Shown: positions 1 to 11,011, numbered from the stretch's first letter. The stretch: DNA of 64,000 nucleotides from Candidatus Adlerbacteria bacterium (GCA_037135035.1 JBAXLB010000001.1:23102-87101), one strand, 5' to 3'. The notes: generated from the letters alone by a model not told the origin. Made by a program: numbers and translations.

Positions 1-2
1 TA

Positions 3-500
3 GAGCAATCGCTCCAACTGCATAAAAAATTTGACCTCGCAGTTTCTTTGGAAGTAGGGGAGCATCTTTCCGATAAGGCGTCTCGTGTGTTTGTTAAAAA
101 CTTAACTGATGCTGCGCCAGCCATCTTATTTTCTGCGGCGATACCAGGACAAGGTGGTGTGCACCACATCAATGAACAGTGGCCCAGTTATTGGGAGACA
201 CGCTTCCGCGAACAAGGATATGTCCCAGTCGATTGTCTTCGCCGTCATGTGTTGGGTGATACACGAGTTTCATTTTTCTATGCGCAAAATGTGATGATCT
301 ACGTTAAAGAAACTGAGCTTCCAAAGTATCCCAATCTTGCTGAAGAAATTCGCACCGGCCACGGCGTTGCCCTCTCACTCGTGCATCCGCAACTCTACAC
401 GTATTACGAGAGTCGATGGACAAAAATTGCTCCACTCATTTGGAAAGTGCCATTACCCCTCATCAAGTTCGGCAAGCGCATATTGGCGAAAGGCAAATAG
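3..500 (+). CDS. SAM-dependent methyltransferase, 5'-truncated by window edge
   Basis: Frame is open from base 3 (EQSLQLHKKFDLAVSLEVGEHL...FSAAIPGQGGVHHINEQWPSYW); motif pattern typical of glycan-locus class I methyltransferases. Confidence 0.75.
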   Translation, partial: EQSLQLHKKFDLAVSLEVGEHLSDKASRVFVKNLTDAAPAILFSAAIPGQGGVHHINEQWPSYWETRFREQGYVPVDCLRRHVLGDTRVSFFYAQNVMIYVKETELPKYPNLAEEIRTGHGVALSLVHPQLYTYYESRWTKIAPLIWKVPLPLIKFGKRILAKGK

Positions 501-503
501 AGA

Positions 504-1667
504 CTAGTGCGACAGTGCAGACACCATTGATCGCAGGTCTTCCGCGGTCATTTCAGGATTGTTCCCTATATAGAACCCCACGCTGTGGATATACTTTGCA
601 TTTGGTAGTGGGTGTACGGTAGACGAGTATTTTTTATAGAACGGCTGCTCGGTCATTGAACCGCCGACAATTGGGCGCAACTCGATACCTGCTTCTTCGC
701 ATCGCGCAACATATTTCCCCTGGATTTCTTTTGAAGTACACAGTACCGGGAACGCAAAATTGGAACATACGTCCATTGATACGTTGATCGGATGGAAGTC
801 GGGATTTTTATATACTTTGGAGAGGATGTTAAAATTTTCTACACGTTTTTTAATCATTTCATCCAAATAAGGTAGTTGTGTGAGCCCAATAAATCCTTGG
901 ATATCTGTTGGGCGTAGATTGTAGGCAAGATCATAAAATGTGTAACGGTCATAGAAGTTTGGAATGTCGTGTGTCTCTCGAAGACCTGTCTGCTCTGCAG
1001 GCAAGAGATTCCTGTTCCATCCGTGTGCACGAACCATTTTAAGCATGGCGTATAGTTCTGCATCATCGGTAAGTATCATCCCACCTTCAATGGTAGACAT
1101 ATGGTGTCCAACAAAGAAAGAAAATGTTGATGCGGTTCCAAAGTTTCCAAGACGCGTGCCTTTGTAAACCGAGCCGAGAGACTCACAATTATCTTCGTAC
1201 AGCAAAATACCTTTTTCCGCGCAAAAGTTTTTGATGGCATCAATGTCGCTGCAGAACCCTAGAAGGTTTGTAATGAAGAGCGCTTGAAATGCCTCAGCTG
1301 CATAGGCTTGCTCGAGCGTTGCCCGCGATATATTGAGAGAATCCAATTCAACATCGACAGGCATGGGAGTAAGACCCATTTGTATAATGGGCATCACGTT
1401 TGTTGCCCAGGTGACCGCAGAGAATGCTACCTTGTCTCCGGATTTCAAAGTTCCAAGGTTTATGAGTGCTTGGAATAACGCAAGGTTTGCAGAACTTCCA
1501 CTGTTTACAAATACAGCAAATTTCCTATCGTGCCATGCCGCAAACACTTCTTCAAATGCAACAGTCTGCGGGCCCATACTTAATTGTTTTGCTCCCATTA
1601 CAAAGTCGCATAGTGCCTTTTTTGTCTCCTCTTCCTTATAGAAGGTGTTTTTGATGAGGGAAATCAT
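504..1667 (-). CDS. DegT/DnrJ-family PLP enzyme, ColD-like GDP-4-keto-6-deoxymannose 3-dehydratase
   Basis: VNSGSSAN, EDNCESLG and SFFVGHHMSTIEGG motifs, with His where aminotransferases have the Schiff-base Lys; in an operon with gmd. Confidence 0.75.
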   Translation of the reverse strand: MISLIKNTFYKEEETKKALCDFVMGAKQLSMGPQTVAFEEVFAAWHDRKFAVFVNSGSSANLALFQALINLGTLKSGDKVAFSAVTWATNVMPIIQMGLTPMPVDVELDSLNISRATLEQAYAAEAFQALFITNLLGFCSDIDAIKNFCAEKGILLYEDNCESLGSVYKGTRLGNFGTASTFSFFVGHHMSTIEGGMILTDDAELYAMLKMVRAHGWNRNLLPAEQTGLRETHDIPNFYDRYTFYDLAYNLRPTDIQGFIGLTQLPYLDEMIKKRVENFNILSKVYKNPDFHPINVSMDVCSNFAFPVLCTSKEIQGKYVARCEEAGIELRPIVGGSMTEQPFYKKYSSTVHPLPNAKYIHSVGFYIGNNPEMTAEDLRSMVSALSH

Positions 1668-2650
1668 GCAATTGGTTTTATGTTAATAATGTCAAAGAGC
1701 CATGCGTCGAGGAGCTCCAGTTCTTGTGCTGGAATAAATTTTTGTTCAATAAGCTCTACATACACTGCGCGTAGATTTTCAGCAACTCCTCGCTCGGGAG
1801 TTGCAATTCGTTTCGCTGTATTGAATATATCTTCCGAGTGGAGGTAAATTAACATTTCTGCAGCGAAATCTTTTAGATAATTATGAGGATTTCGTTCTTG
1901 CATAACAGTCGAGGCAGTAAATCCAAGGGTCTTTCCTGCACACCACAAAATTGGTTGTGCAATAAGCCCGCGAACGATATCACTTTCTCGAGGAGAGATG
2001 TATGCGGGCAAATAGAGCAAGGGGAACGCTGTTTTTTCATATGTCGTACTCTGACAGTTAAAAGGTGACGAAGCCCCCGCAGACAATACAAGAGGGCCTC
2101 GTTTGTTGAATGTAATTGCGGCACCTTTTGTAAGGCGATATATAGCGTCGACGTCAGTGTCGTTATCGGCCAGATGTTGCCATATTCCGACAGACCCGCC
2201 GAGCATTTCTTCAGCAGGTTTTTTTTGCTCAAGTATCTTATCAAGCGGGTACCCGCGGGGCCAGATAAACTCATCGGTGAAATATTTATAGATATTTACG
2301 AATCCTTGTTCCGATATGTGTCCGTACGTTCCATCGAAGGAAGGAACCTCCCAAGCCCCAAGAGGAATGTTGTCGTCATCTACTTGGGAGATAATGTCGG
2401 CGCCTTGTTCTATCGCACGAAGGAACCCGACCATGGCGCGAGCCGGGAGGTTCCATGGGAGTTTTTGTATCAGGGCGTAGGGTAGTGTTGCTTGATCGTC
2501 AGCTGAGAAATATGTGACGCCATCCTGATGCCACCCCGGGGGAGATTTTTTATCACCAATAGTGATATTGTCCCATCCTGGCATCTGTGACAATTTAAGA
2601 ACTGCTTCAGTGGGAGGGTTGATTGTTGTTGTAACAATGACTTTTTTCAT
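1664..2650 (-). CDS. STELLO/DUF288-like putative glycosyltransferase
   Basis: VTTTINPPT, GDKKSP, DDDN, WPRGYPL, DVDAIYRL and QERNPHNYLKDF motifs. Confidence 0.7.
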   Translation of the reverse strand: MKKVIVTTTINPPTEAVLKLSQMPGWDNITIGDKKSPPGWHQDGVTYFSADDQATLPYALIQKLPWNLPARAMVGFLRAIEQGADIISQVDDDNIPLGAWEVPSFDGTYGHISEQGFVNIYKYFTDEFIWPRGYPLDKILEQKKPAEEMLGGSVGIWQHLADNDTDVDAIYRLTKGAAITFNKRGPLVLSAGASSPFNCQSTTYEKTAFPLLYLPAYISPRESDIVRGLIAQPILWCAGKTLGFTASTVMQERNPHNYLKDFAAEMLIYLHSEDIFNTAKRIATPERGVAENLRAVYVELIEQKFIPAQELELLDAWLFDIINIKPIA

Positions 2651-2665
2651 ATAGCTGAATAGTAC

Positions 2666-3559
2666 CTAATACGGGAGAGTAATCCAGCGTTCAGGAATGA
2701 GGTCGCTTGTGTCAAAGGGCTTCGCAAGCCATTTTTTTGGTGCAATTGTGGTGCCGGTATGTGTTTCTTCAGAGAGCCACGCACCCCACCACCCAAATGT
2801 ACTGTTTGATAGTACATGGTGCTTGCAGAGGCTCATGAGCCCAAGGTCTTCATAGTTTTTGTCGGGGCCTTGCCCAATAAATGTCGTTGGTCGGCCTGTA
2901 ACAAGATTTTCGCGGGCCCACTCTATATCATCCGAAAAAACGAAATATTCTCCTTGCGGAAAACGTTCGTTCAATATCCGTATCGCTTCGTCGTAATACT
3001 CAGGAGGGCAGATACCGTGGTGCTTACTTACTGACGCATGTTTAACAAAGTCCCCGCGGCGTATATGGAATGAAATCGATTCAGGTGAATCGAGTATTTT
3101 TTTTGCTATGTCTTTTGAATAGTCGCTGAGAGGAGTTTTGAGCGCAAACTCTTTTCTGATTATGTCTTTGATGGGGAGAAAATATTTTTCAGATAACCAA
3201 TATCCATCGAGGTAGCAGGGAGGTGTAAGTTCCGTCATTTTCTGTGAAAATGTTGAAATATCTTCTGCAACGTAGCGGCGCGGATTGTAGAAGAAAGGGT
3301 TAAGGAGTTTGCCCCGTATCCCTCTTTGGCGTTTATGGCGCTTGAAGGGTGCTACATCACGCTCTGTTGCATATATTTCCTGGATGTTGAAGTGGCTCAA
3401 GCTGTATGTGTGAAATTCATACGTTTTAAAATCTAGGATGTCGAGTTTCAAATCCGCGTCAGTCTTAAGCGACAACATGCGCGCAAACGCATACTGGAAC
3501 ATTTGATTTCCCAAACCCCCGATGATCTTGGGTATAATTACTGGTTTTGTTTTTTCCAT
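2666..3559 (-). CDS. GT11 alpha-1,2-fucosyl/colitosyltransferase
   Basis: GGLGNQMFQYA, HIRRGD, FSDD and NSTFGWWGAWL motifs. Confidence 0.9.
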   Translation of the reverse strand: MEKTKPVIIPKIIGGLGNQMFQYAFARMLSLKTDADLKLDILDFKTYEFHTYSLSHFNIQEIYATERDVAPFKRHKRQRGIRGKLLNPFFYNPRRYVAEDISTFSQKMTELTPPCYLDGYWLSEKYFLPIKDIIRKEFALKTPLSDYSKDIAKKILDSPESISFHIRRGDFVKHASVSKHHGICPPEYYDEAIRILNERFPQGEYFVFSDDIEWARENLVTGRPTTFIGQGPDKNYEDLGLMSLCKHHVLSNSTFGWWGAWLSEETHTGTTIAPKKWLAKPFDTSDLIPERWITLPY

Positions 3560-3583
3560 ATGGTACGTGAGCCGGTCAATGTG

Positions 3584-4519
3584 TTATTTCTTAGATTCAC
3601 GATACCATTCAATTGTGTTTTTGAGACCTTCTTCGAAAGTAGTTTTTGCTTGGAATCCAAGTTCGCGCGCTGCTTTTGTTGTATCAAATGTTCTGCGCGG
3701 TTGGCCGTCCGGCTGCCCCGGGTTCCATTTGATTTCCCCCTTAAATTCTTGCATTTCGACTATCTTTTCAATTACGGACTTGATTGTCATCTCTTGGCCT
3801 GACCCCAGGTTAATGGGTTCCGGCTTGTCGAATTTCTCCATAGTAAGAATAATTCCTTCGGCAGCATCATCTACGTAGAAAAATTCACGGGTCGGCTCTC
3901 CCGTGCCCCATGCTTCTATCCAAGGCTGGCCGGCTTTCTCCGCCGCATCAATTTTTAGAATAATCGCGGGAATAAGGTGCGAAGAAACAGGACTAAATTC
4001 ATCGTTTGGACCGTAGAGGTTTGCTATCTGTACTGAAACTGCATTAAAACCATATTCATGATTGTACGCTTCGCCTTGCACCTGCATCATCTTTTTTGCC
4101 AATCCATAGGGCGCGTTTGTTTCTTCGGGGAATCCGTTCCAAAAATCACTTTCCTTGAAAGGGACAGGTGTATATTTTGGATACGAACAGATGCTCCCGA
4201 CACCAAGAAATTTTTTAACGCCGGCCTTACGAGCAGCTTCCATGAGCTCGGTATTCATAATTATGTTGTCGTAAAACAGGAGTCCAGGATGTGCTCGGTT
4301 ATATCCGATGCCTCCTGCATTAGCCGCAAGATGGAACACGATATCCACGCCATTGACGGCCTCCTCACAATTTTTGCGGATACGCAGATCGCATTCTTTC
4401 GAACGTGTAATGCGGATGTTTCCTTCTGGAACTCCACGTGCAATCAGTGCTCGCACGACCGCAGTGCCAAGGAAACCAGCTCCGCCGGTCACGAGTATTT
4501 TTTTATTACTGAGTTCCAT
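3584..4519 (-). CDS. fcl: GDP-L-fucose synthase family epimerase/reductase (Fcl/ColC-like)
   Basis: TGGAGFLG, GGIGYN, YGLAKK and WGTGEPTREF motifs; adjacent to gmd. Confidence 0.85.
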   Translation of the reverse strand: MELSNKKILVTGGAGFLGTAVVRALIARGVPEGNIRITRSKECDLRIRKNCEEAVNGVDIVFHLAANAGGIGYNRAHPGLLFYDNIIMNTELMEAARKAGVKKFLGVGSICSYPKYTPVPFKESDFWNGFPEETNAPYGLAKKMMQVQGEAYNHEYGFNAVSVQIANLYGPNDEFSPVSSHLIPAIILKIDAAEKAGQPWIEAWGTGEPTREFFYVDDAAEGIILTMEKFDKPEPINLGSGQEMTIKSVIEKIVEMQEFKGEIKWNPGQPDGQPRRTFDTTKAARELGFQAKTTFEEGLKNTIEWYRESKK

Positions 4520-4539
4520 ATTGTTGTATGATATCGCAT

Positions 4540-5670
4540 TTACGTGCGACGAACTCGTCCTGAGACCTTTTTCTTCTTTGTCTTGGGTCTTTTTTTAATT
4601 TGGGCAGTAGGGTGGGGGATGTCGGAAATTGCTCCACCCTCACCGACATAATCGTGTTCTACCATTTCAGACACTAATTCGTGGAAAAGAGTTGCAGGTT
4701 TCCATCCAAGTACTTTTTTTGCCTTTGTGTAATCGCCAAGCAATACATCCACTTCGGCGGGACGGAAGTGAACGGGGTTGATAGCGATAATTTCTTTTCC
4801 AGTCTTTGTATCTATTCCAACTTCTTTGAGATCTTTCCCTTTCCAGGCCAGTTCAAACCCCAACCTAGCTGCTGCATGTTCTGCAAATTCTCTCACTGAA
4901 TACATTTTGCCGGTGGCAAGCACATAATCGTCCGCAACTTTGTGTTGAAGCATGCGCCACATCCCTTCAACGTAATCTCGTGCATGACCCCAGTCGCGCT
5001 TAGCATCCAAGTTGCCGAGGAAAAGTTTTTCATCTTTGCCTAATTTGATACGAGAAAGACCGCGTGTGATTTTCCGTGTTACAAAGTTTTCACCGCGACG
5101 AGGGGACTCATGGTTAAAAAGAATTCCATTTACTGCAAATACTCCGTAGCTTTCTCGATAATTTTTTGTAATCCAATACGCATAGACTTTTGCTACTCCA
5201 TAGGGTGAGCGAGGATAAAATGCAGAATTTTCTGTCAGGGGCAACTCGACCGCCTTGCCAAACATCTCCGAAGAAGATGCTTGGTAAAACTTTGTTTTAA
5301 TTCCAACTTCGCGGATAGCATCCAGTAGTCGTAATGTCCCAAGACCGGTGACTTGGCCTGTATATTCCGGTATATCAAAACTTGTACGCACATGGCTTTG
5401 TGCAGCAAGATTATATATTTCATCAGGGCGTACTTTTTCAAGGATGCGGTTGAGGTTACTCCCATCGGTAAGGTCGCCATAGTGGAGTGTCAAACGCGAA
5501 GGTCCTATGTGTTGGTATTTATGGAGACTCTCGAGGTGTTGAATCCGAGAAGCATTAAACGTACTGGAGCGTCTAATGATTCCATGCACTTCGTAGCCTT
5601 TTTCGAGGAGAAATTCGGCCAAATACGATCCGTCTTGTCCAGTGATGCCGGTAATGAGGGCCTTTTTCAT
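4540..5670 (-). CDS. gmd: GDP-mannose 4,6-dehydratase
   Basis: [24 protein letters not shown] and [16 protein letters not shown] motifs; ATG 5670 chosen as start (GTG 5703 is an alternative); basic C-terminal tail. Confidence 0.95.
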   Translation of the reverse strand: MKKALITGITGQDGSYLAEFLLEKGYEVHGIIRRSSTFNASRIQHLESLHKYQHIGPSRLTLHYGDLTDGSNLNRILEKVRPDEIYNLAAQSHVRTSFDIPEYTGQVTGLGTLRLLDAIREVGIKTKFYQASSSEMFGKAVELPLTENSAFYPRSPYGVAKVYAYWITKNYRESYGVFAVNGILFNHESPRRGENFVTRKITRGLSRIKLGKDEKLFLGNLDAKRDWGHARDYVEGMWRMLQHKVADDYVLATGKMYSVREFAEHAAARLGFELAWKGKDLKEVGIDTKTGKEIIAINPVHFRPAEVDVLLGDYTKAKKVLGWKPATLFHELVSEMVEHDYVGEGGAISDIPHPTAQIKKRPKTKKKKVSGRVRRT

Positions 5671-5731
5671 TGAGGTTCCATCATACTCCGATATATGAGA
5701 CACGAGGTCAAGGTATAGTGCTCTAAAGAAG

Positions 5732-6364
5732 CTAAAGTATTAATCTCTCGGCTACCTCAAGGCAAGCTTTAAAACGTAGATCTACTCCAAAAATAAATTT
5801 CTCCGGTGCCGGCATGTCTGCAAGGGTGAACCATTGTATATCACGAGCTTCTTGGCCTCCATGCAGAGTCTCACCAAGATGGACCTCTCCAATAAGCTCA
5901 ACAGGGAAATAAGAAGAAATCGCGTGTTTAGTAGATTCTGGAAGGAATACCTTCGAATGTATCCAATTCTCTTCCTTTTCTCGAGGAGCAAATTGCCCTA
6001 GAATTACCGGTCTTTCAGAATCAACAAGTAATTTAATTTCACAGCCAAGATCGGTGCGAGCATGACGACGCAATGCATCTTCTATACTTTCAGGCGGATG
6101 GCTTTCCGGTCGACGATTAATGCGTCCGCCAACAGAACATAATTTCCCCGCTAATTTACCGGTATTGCGCACGATTGCCATCGCTTCAAGTTCTCCAGAT
6201 CTGTTACGGCGAACAGGAACCATATCAACGCACATGATAGGCACTATTCTTTCAATAAGAGTATAGAGGGCTTTTGAAATTATAACTCCCTCCGAGGTAA
6301 GTAAATCAGTTCGATCCAGTAGTTCTTGCGCCAACTCCTCAGTAGATTTTTCTTTCAAATACAT
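5732..6364 (-). CDS. NUDIX-fold protein (DUF4916/GDP-mannose hydrolase-like)
   Basis: [11 protein letters not shown]...GGRI...[16 protein letters not shown] degenerate Nudix box; glycan-locus context. Confidence 0.6.
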   Translation of the reverse strand: MYLKEKSTEELAQELLDRTDLLTSEGVIISKALYTLIERIVPIMCVDMVPVRRNRSGELEAMAIVRNTGKLAGKLCSVGGRINRRPESHPPESIEDALRRHARTDLGCEIKLLVDSERPVILGQFAPREKEENWIHSKVFLPESTKHAISSYFPVELIGEVHLGETLHGGQEARDIQWFTLADMPAPEKFIFGVDLRFKACLEVAERLIL

Positions 6365-6373
6365 AATTTTATT

Positions 6374-7630
6374 TTATAAGGTTTTATAAATCATATATAA
6401 CGACAGCGAGGCGCCCGCTTCGGAAAGTATTGTTGCCCACACTGCGCCCCATAAGCCAAAAAAGGGAATTAGTGCGCAAAACAAAATAAATTCAACAGCT
6501 TGGCTTGAAAGTACTGCAATATAGCGTTTCTTAACTTCTCCATGTGCGACGATATATGAGTCTATTACGCCGCGTGGTTGGAAAAGTATCATAAGCGCAA
6601 GAGCTTGGCTTACCAGGATGGAAGGAAGATATTTAGGGAACAAGAATGTAAACAAGAAAGGAACACATGCTATATATATTCCAGTGAGTAGAATTGCACT
6701 TATTGTAAGTTGGCGCAGTCTGAGTGAAAGGCTTTGTTTCGCATCATTTTTTTCTTTTGCGGCAAGTTTTGGAAAGAGAATGGAAAGAACATTGTCGAGT
6801 ATGTTACGCGTTTCAAGGACTGGTGCCAAGGCAAGTGCGTATATAGCCAACTCCGTACCTCCTGAAAAATGAAACAGAAGTAATTGATCTATTTGACCAC
6901 TTACCAGAAGGAAAAAACCTAATGCGCTTAAGTGTTTGCCGAATGTGATAGTCTCTGAAACGTCTTGATTTGACCCTGTGATTTTAAATCTACGTATTGT
7001 CCATAAATATTGGACCCAGCTCCCTAGCGCATTGGAAAAAAAATAGGCAGCTAGTATCCACACGACGTCTTGCGTGAAGAGGAGCGTGGCTACAATAACG
7101 ATTATAGGAAATAGTAATCGAGGGATGCTATAAAAAAAAGAATGTTTGAAGTCTCCCTTAGCAACAATGATTGATTTTGCTAAGCCAAATCCGTTTGAAA
7201 TGATGTTGAATACTGCAATAAAAAGAAAACCGTATCCAAGCGTAGAATTTCCTTGTAAAAAGTAATATCCACCAATACCGGTACTTACAAGGCTTGCTGG
7301 CACGCTCCACAGCATCATAGTACGCACAAGTGCGGGTACTACGTGTTGTTTACCTTGGGCTACGGCGCGCATAAGTGCGCCCCCCATACTATTGAGACTA
7401 AATGCACCAACAACACTCGCTGCGGCCACCACATATTTATAGGTACCAAATAGTTCAGGCGAAAACAGGTTGGCGAATGCGGTTGTGAGTATTAGACCGC
7501 TTGCTATAGCTATTACACGTCCCAGATTGAACCAGACATTGCTCATAAAAAAGTACACCATATCTGTTTTGGTGTATTTTTCGCTCCGGCGAAGGAGGTC
7601 GTATAGGCCCTGTTTTGCTTTTCTAATCAT
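6374..7630 (-). CDS. Oligosaccharide flippase (Wzx/MOP family)
   Basis: 418 aa with many hydrophobic helices; FGTYKY, QIDQLLL and FGLWGAVWA patterns. Confidence 0.8.
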   Translation of the reverse strand: MIRKAKQGLYDLLRRSEKYTKTDMVYFFMSNVWFNLGRVIAIASGLILTTAFANLFSPELFGTYKYVVAAASVVGAFSLNSMGGALMRAVAQGKQHVVPALVRTMMLWSVPASLVSTGIGGYYFLQGNSTLGYGFLFIAVFNIISNGFGLAKSIIVAKGDFKHSFFYSIPRLLFPIIVIVATLLFTQDVVWILAAYFFSNALGSWVQYLWTIRRFKITGSNQDVSETITFGKHLSALGFFLLVSGQIDQLLLFHFSGGTELAIYALALAPVLETRNILDNVLSILFPKLAAKEKNDAKQSLSLRLRQLTISAILLTGIYIACVPFLFTFLFPKYLPSILVSQALALMILFQPRGVIDSYIVAHGEVKKRYIAVLSSQAVEFILFCALIPFFGLWGAVWATILSEAGASLSLYMIYKTL

Positions 7631-7694
7631 GACGGTACCAGAAGTATAACTGTTCTTTGGTGTAAAAAGGTACTTCTGCTACAATGCCCTTTAT

Positions 7695-9989
7695 ATGTCG
7701 TATACCAAATTCTTGAAGTGGGCGCTGCTTGGCGGCCTGGCCCTGGTGTTCTTTGTTCCTTTTATTATCGCTGACGGAGGAGGTGCCTACCAAAACGGGT
7801 TCAATATGTATATTCCGTTTCCGGGGAGCTTTTTCCCATTTATCACGGGGAAGAACTTCATGTTCCGTATGTTGGTCGAATTGTTGGCAGGCCTCTATAT
7901 AGTGCTTGCACTGCGTGAACCAAAGTACCGACCGCGCACGTCGACTCTGTTGTGGGTATTTGGCGCCTTTGTTCTGTGGATGGGTTTTGCAACCATGTTT
8001 AGCGTTGACCCTACCAAGAGCTTTTGGAGTAACTTCGAACGTATGGAAGGGTACCTGACAGTGCTACACCTGTTTGTATATTTCCTCATTGTGGGTGCGG
8101 TCGCCTCGGCAGAAGAATGGTGGGACCGTTTGTTCCAAGTGTCGATAGTGTCTTCGGCACTTATGGGAGTCTATGCGCTGCTACAGCTTGCGGGCGCGCT
8201 TCCTATAAGTAGCCAGAGCGGCCCGCGTGTTGACGGTACATTTGGTAACGCAACCTATTTGGCAGTGTTTATGCTCTTCGGTGTTTTTATCACACTCTTT
8301 ATGCTTGTGAGGCAGCGGAAGTCTATGTGGGCACAGATATTCTACGGCGTTGCACTTGTGCTGCAGGTTACGACGCTTTACTACACTCAAACGCGCGGTG
8401 CGCTCCTTGGCTTGCTTGGTGGGCTGATACTCGCCGGTCTATATATTGTATGGAAGGGAAGGGATGCGCAGTGGCAGCCGCTCCGCAAAGTTGCTCTTGT
8501 TGGCATTGGGGTTATAGCAGTTGTAGTGGTTGGTTTTTTTGCACTCCGCACAACATCGTTTGTAAAAAACAGCGGGACGCTTTCGCGCTTTTCTTCTATC
8601 TCGCTTAGTGACCAGACAACAACCGCGCGCTTCCAGGTGTGGAACATGGCTCTCCAAGGAGTTAAGGAAAAACCTCTTGTGGGTTGGGGCCAGGAAAACT
8701 TTAACTTCGTGTTCAATAAATATTATTCTCCAGAAATGTACAGTCAGGAGCAGTGGTTCGACCGCGCGCACAACCAATTTTTGGACTGGCTTATTGCGGG
8801 CGGACTGCCAGCATTTGCGCTCTACATAGCTTTCTTCGTACTCTCGGTGCTGGTTATATTCCGTTCTCGTTTGAGTGTGCCCGAACAAGCTGTGCTGATA
8901 GGGTTGCTTGCTGCATACGCGTTTAACAACCTTTTTGTGTTCGACGACCTTGTGAGTTCGGTCTACTTTGTAACGTTCCTCGCATTCTTCCATTCGCTTT
9001 CTAAAGGTGCACTGCCGGGTTCGGTTGCCCTTTCGCGCCCACTTAGTGACAAGGGAATTGCTGTTGCAGCGCCCTTTGTTATGGGTGGCGCGCTTCTCCT
9101 TATATGGGTAGTAAACATCCCCGGCCTTGCCCGCGCTGAAGGGTTGCTTGTCGCACTGACGCCGCAGGTGGGAGTCTCAGACGGTCAGGGCGGTATGCGT
9201 GCTGCACAAAAAGACCCAAAAGCACGTCTGCAAGAATTCCAAACAGCGCTTGATGCTGGTGTATGGCCGGGTACACCGCTTGGCCGTCAAGAAGCAACTG
9301 AACAAATGCTCCAGTATGCTTCGGGTATCGCGGCAGCCGCGTCAGTTGACCCTGCAGTAAAACAAGACACCTTTACGGCGACCCAAAACGCGACGGTAGC
9401 GATGTTGGCGGCGCGCCCGCATGACGCCCGCCTCGAATTGTTTTATGGGGCATTCCTCGACACGTTTGGAAAATATCCTGAAGCGCTAGAGTCGTTGACG
9501 AGTGCACTTGTCGACTCTCCACTCAAACAACAAATAATGTTCGAAAAAGGGGTTGTGTACTTAAACGCAAACGATACCCAAAATGCCCAGAGCGTGCTTA
9601 AGACTGCATTTGACGAAGCTCCAGGTTACCGTGACGCTCGCATTTTGTATGCAGCGGCGCTTACCTACAGCGGTAACCAGAAAAGCGCTGACGCACTTTT
9701 AGTTGAAGCCTTCGGTACGGTGTTAGTAGATGACTCGCGTTTGTTGCAGGTGTACACCAACAAAAAACTGTACGACCGCGTGGTTGGTATATGGAAAGCG
9801 CGGATCGAACAAAATCCACAAAATACACAAAGCCATTTAGGTTTGGCAGCAGCGTACTTTACCTCCGGTAATAAAACAGCTGCAATTGCAGAGCTTAACC
9901 GTGCTGCACAGCTCGACCCGGCGCTTGCTGCCCAGGTGCAGTCGGTTATCACACAAATCCAAAACGGAACACTCGCAGTGCCGAAGTAG
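7695..9989 (+). CDS. O-antigen ligase/oligosaccharyltransferase-family membrane protein with C-terminal TPRs
   Basis: RVDGTFGNATYLA, TQTRGA, GWGQENF and FDRAHN motifs; TPR-like helical tail. Confidence 0.85.
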   Translation: MSYTKFLKWALLGGLALVFFVPFIIADGGGAYQNGFNMYIPFPGSFFPFITGKNFMFRMLVELLAGLYIVLALREPKYRPRTSTLLWVFGAFVLWMGFATMFSVDPTKSFWSNFERMEGYLTVLHLFVYFLIVGAVASAEEWWDRLFQVSIVSSALMGVYALLQLAGALPISSQSGPRVDGTFGNATYLAVFMLFGVFITLFMLVRQRKSMWAQIFYGVALVLQVTTLYYTQTRGALLGLLGGLILAGLYIVWKGRDAQWQPLRKVALVGIGVIAVVVVGFFALRTTSFVKNSGTLSRFSSISLSDQTTTARFQVWNMALQGVKEKPLVGWGQENFNFVFNKYYSPEMYSQEQWFDRAHNQFLDWLIAGGLPAFALYIAFFVLSVLVIFRSRLSVPEQAVLIGLLAAYAFNNLFVFDDLVSSVYFVTFLAFFHSLSKGALPGSVALSRPLSDKGIAVAAPFVMGGALLLIWVVNIPGLARAEGLLVALTPQVGVSDGQGGMRAAQKDPKARLQEFQTALDAGVWPGTPLGRQEATEQMLQYASGIAAAASVDPAVKQDTFTATQNATVAMLAARPHDARLELFYGAFLDTFGKYPEALESLTSALVDSPLKQQIMFEKGVVYLNANDTQNAQSVLKTAFDEAPGYRDARILYAAALTYSGNQKSADALLVEAFGTVLVDDSRLLQVYTNKKLYDRVVGIWKARIEQNPQNTQSHLGLAAAYFTSGNKTAAIAELNRAAQLDPALAAQVQSVITQIQNGTLAVPK

Positions 9990-10003
9990 TCCGGCAACAC
10001 GCA

Positions 10004-11011
10004 ATGCGTATCGAAGAGAATATCGCGCTCGCGCCCCACACCACATTTTTTATTGGGGGCAGAGCGCGATTTTTTGTGCACGCAAAAACAGTCGATGATG
10101 TGCGGGACACATGTGCGTTTGCGCGTGACAAAAATATTCCCGTACTTGTACTCGGCGGGGGCTCCAATATGTTGGTTGGCGACGCAGGGTTCGACGGTAT
10201 TGTTATAAAAATTGAACTGGACGGAATTGTGCAGGACGGAGATACGCTTGTTGCGGGCGCAGGAGAAAGTTGGGACAGAGTTGTTGCGTATGCAGTCGAA
10301 AAAAAACTCTGGGGGCTTGAAAACCTTTCGGGTATTCCGGGGAGCGTTGGTGGTGCGGTGGTGCAGGGTATTGGTGCATACGGCGCAGCAGTAGGACAAA
10401 CACTTTCGTGGGTTGAGGTGTTTGACCGTGACAATGGAGAAATAAAAAAAATGTCGAATTCCGAATGCCGCTTTGGTTACCGGGACAGTTTTTTTAAACA
10501 TGATAACGAGAAGCATATTATTTTGCGTGCTGCGTTTACGCTTTCGCTATCGGCGGCCGCAACTATTTCATACAAAGACTTGGCAGCAAAATTTAGTGAC
10601 TCCTCTGCAGAAGAGATAGACATACAGGCTGTCCGCACTGCCGTACTTGATATCCGAAAGGGGAAGTTTCCGGACCTTTCTGCCGAAGGTACTGCTGGGT
10701 CGTTTTTTAAAAATCCAATTATGTCAGCTGCTGATGCGAGTGCGCTTAAGCAGGCGTACCCTGACATGCCTCTGTTTGCTATGCCCGAAACCGACGGTGT
10801 TAAAGTGCCGCTTGCGTGGTTACTTGACCACGCACTTGGCTTGCACGGTGCACGCGTGGGCGGTGCGCGGTTATTTGAAAAACAAATACTTGTTATTGCG
10901 GCAGATCGAGAGACATCTTCAATAGATGTAGTAACACTTGCGCGAGATGTACAGAAAAAAGTTTTTGATGAATTAAAAATAAAAATAGAACCAGAAGTAA
11001 AAATAATTTAA
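10004..11011 (+). CDS. murB: UDP-N-acetylenolpyruvoylglucosamine reductase
   Basis: LGGGSN, GIPGSVGG, FGYRDSFFK, AGSFFKNP and EPEV motifs. Confidence 0.95.
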   Translation: MRIEENIALAPHTTFFIGGRARFFVHAKTVDDVRDTCAFARDKNIPVLVLGGGSNMLVGDAGFDGIVIKIELDGIVQDGDTLVAGAGESWDRVVAYAVEKKLWGLENLSGIPGSVGGAVVQGIGAYGAAVGQTLSWVEVFDRDNGEIKKMSNSECRFGYRDSFFKHDNEKHIILRAAFTLSLSAAATISYKDLAAKFSDSSAEEIDIQAVRTAVLDIRKGKFPDLSAEGTAGSFFKNPIMSAADASALKQAYPDMPLFAMPETDGVKVPLAWLLDHALGLHGARVGGARLFEKQILVIAADRETSSIDVVTLARDVQKKVFDELKIKIEPEVKII

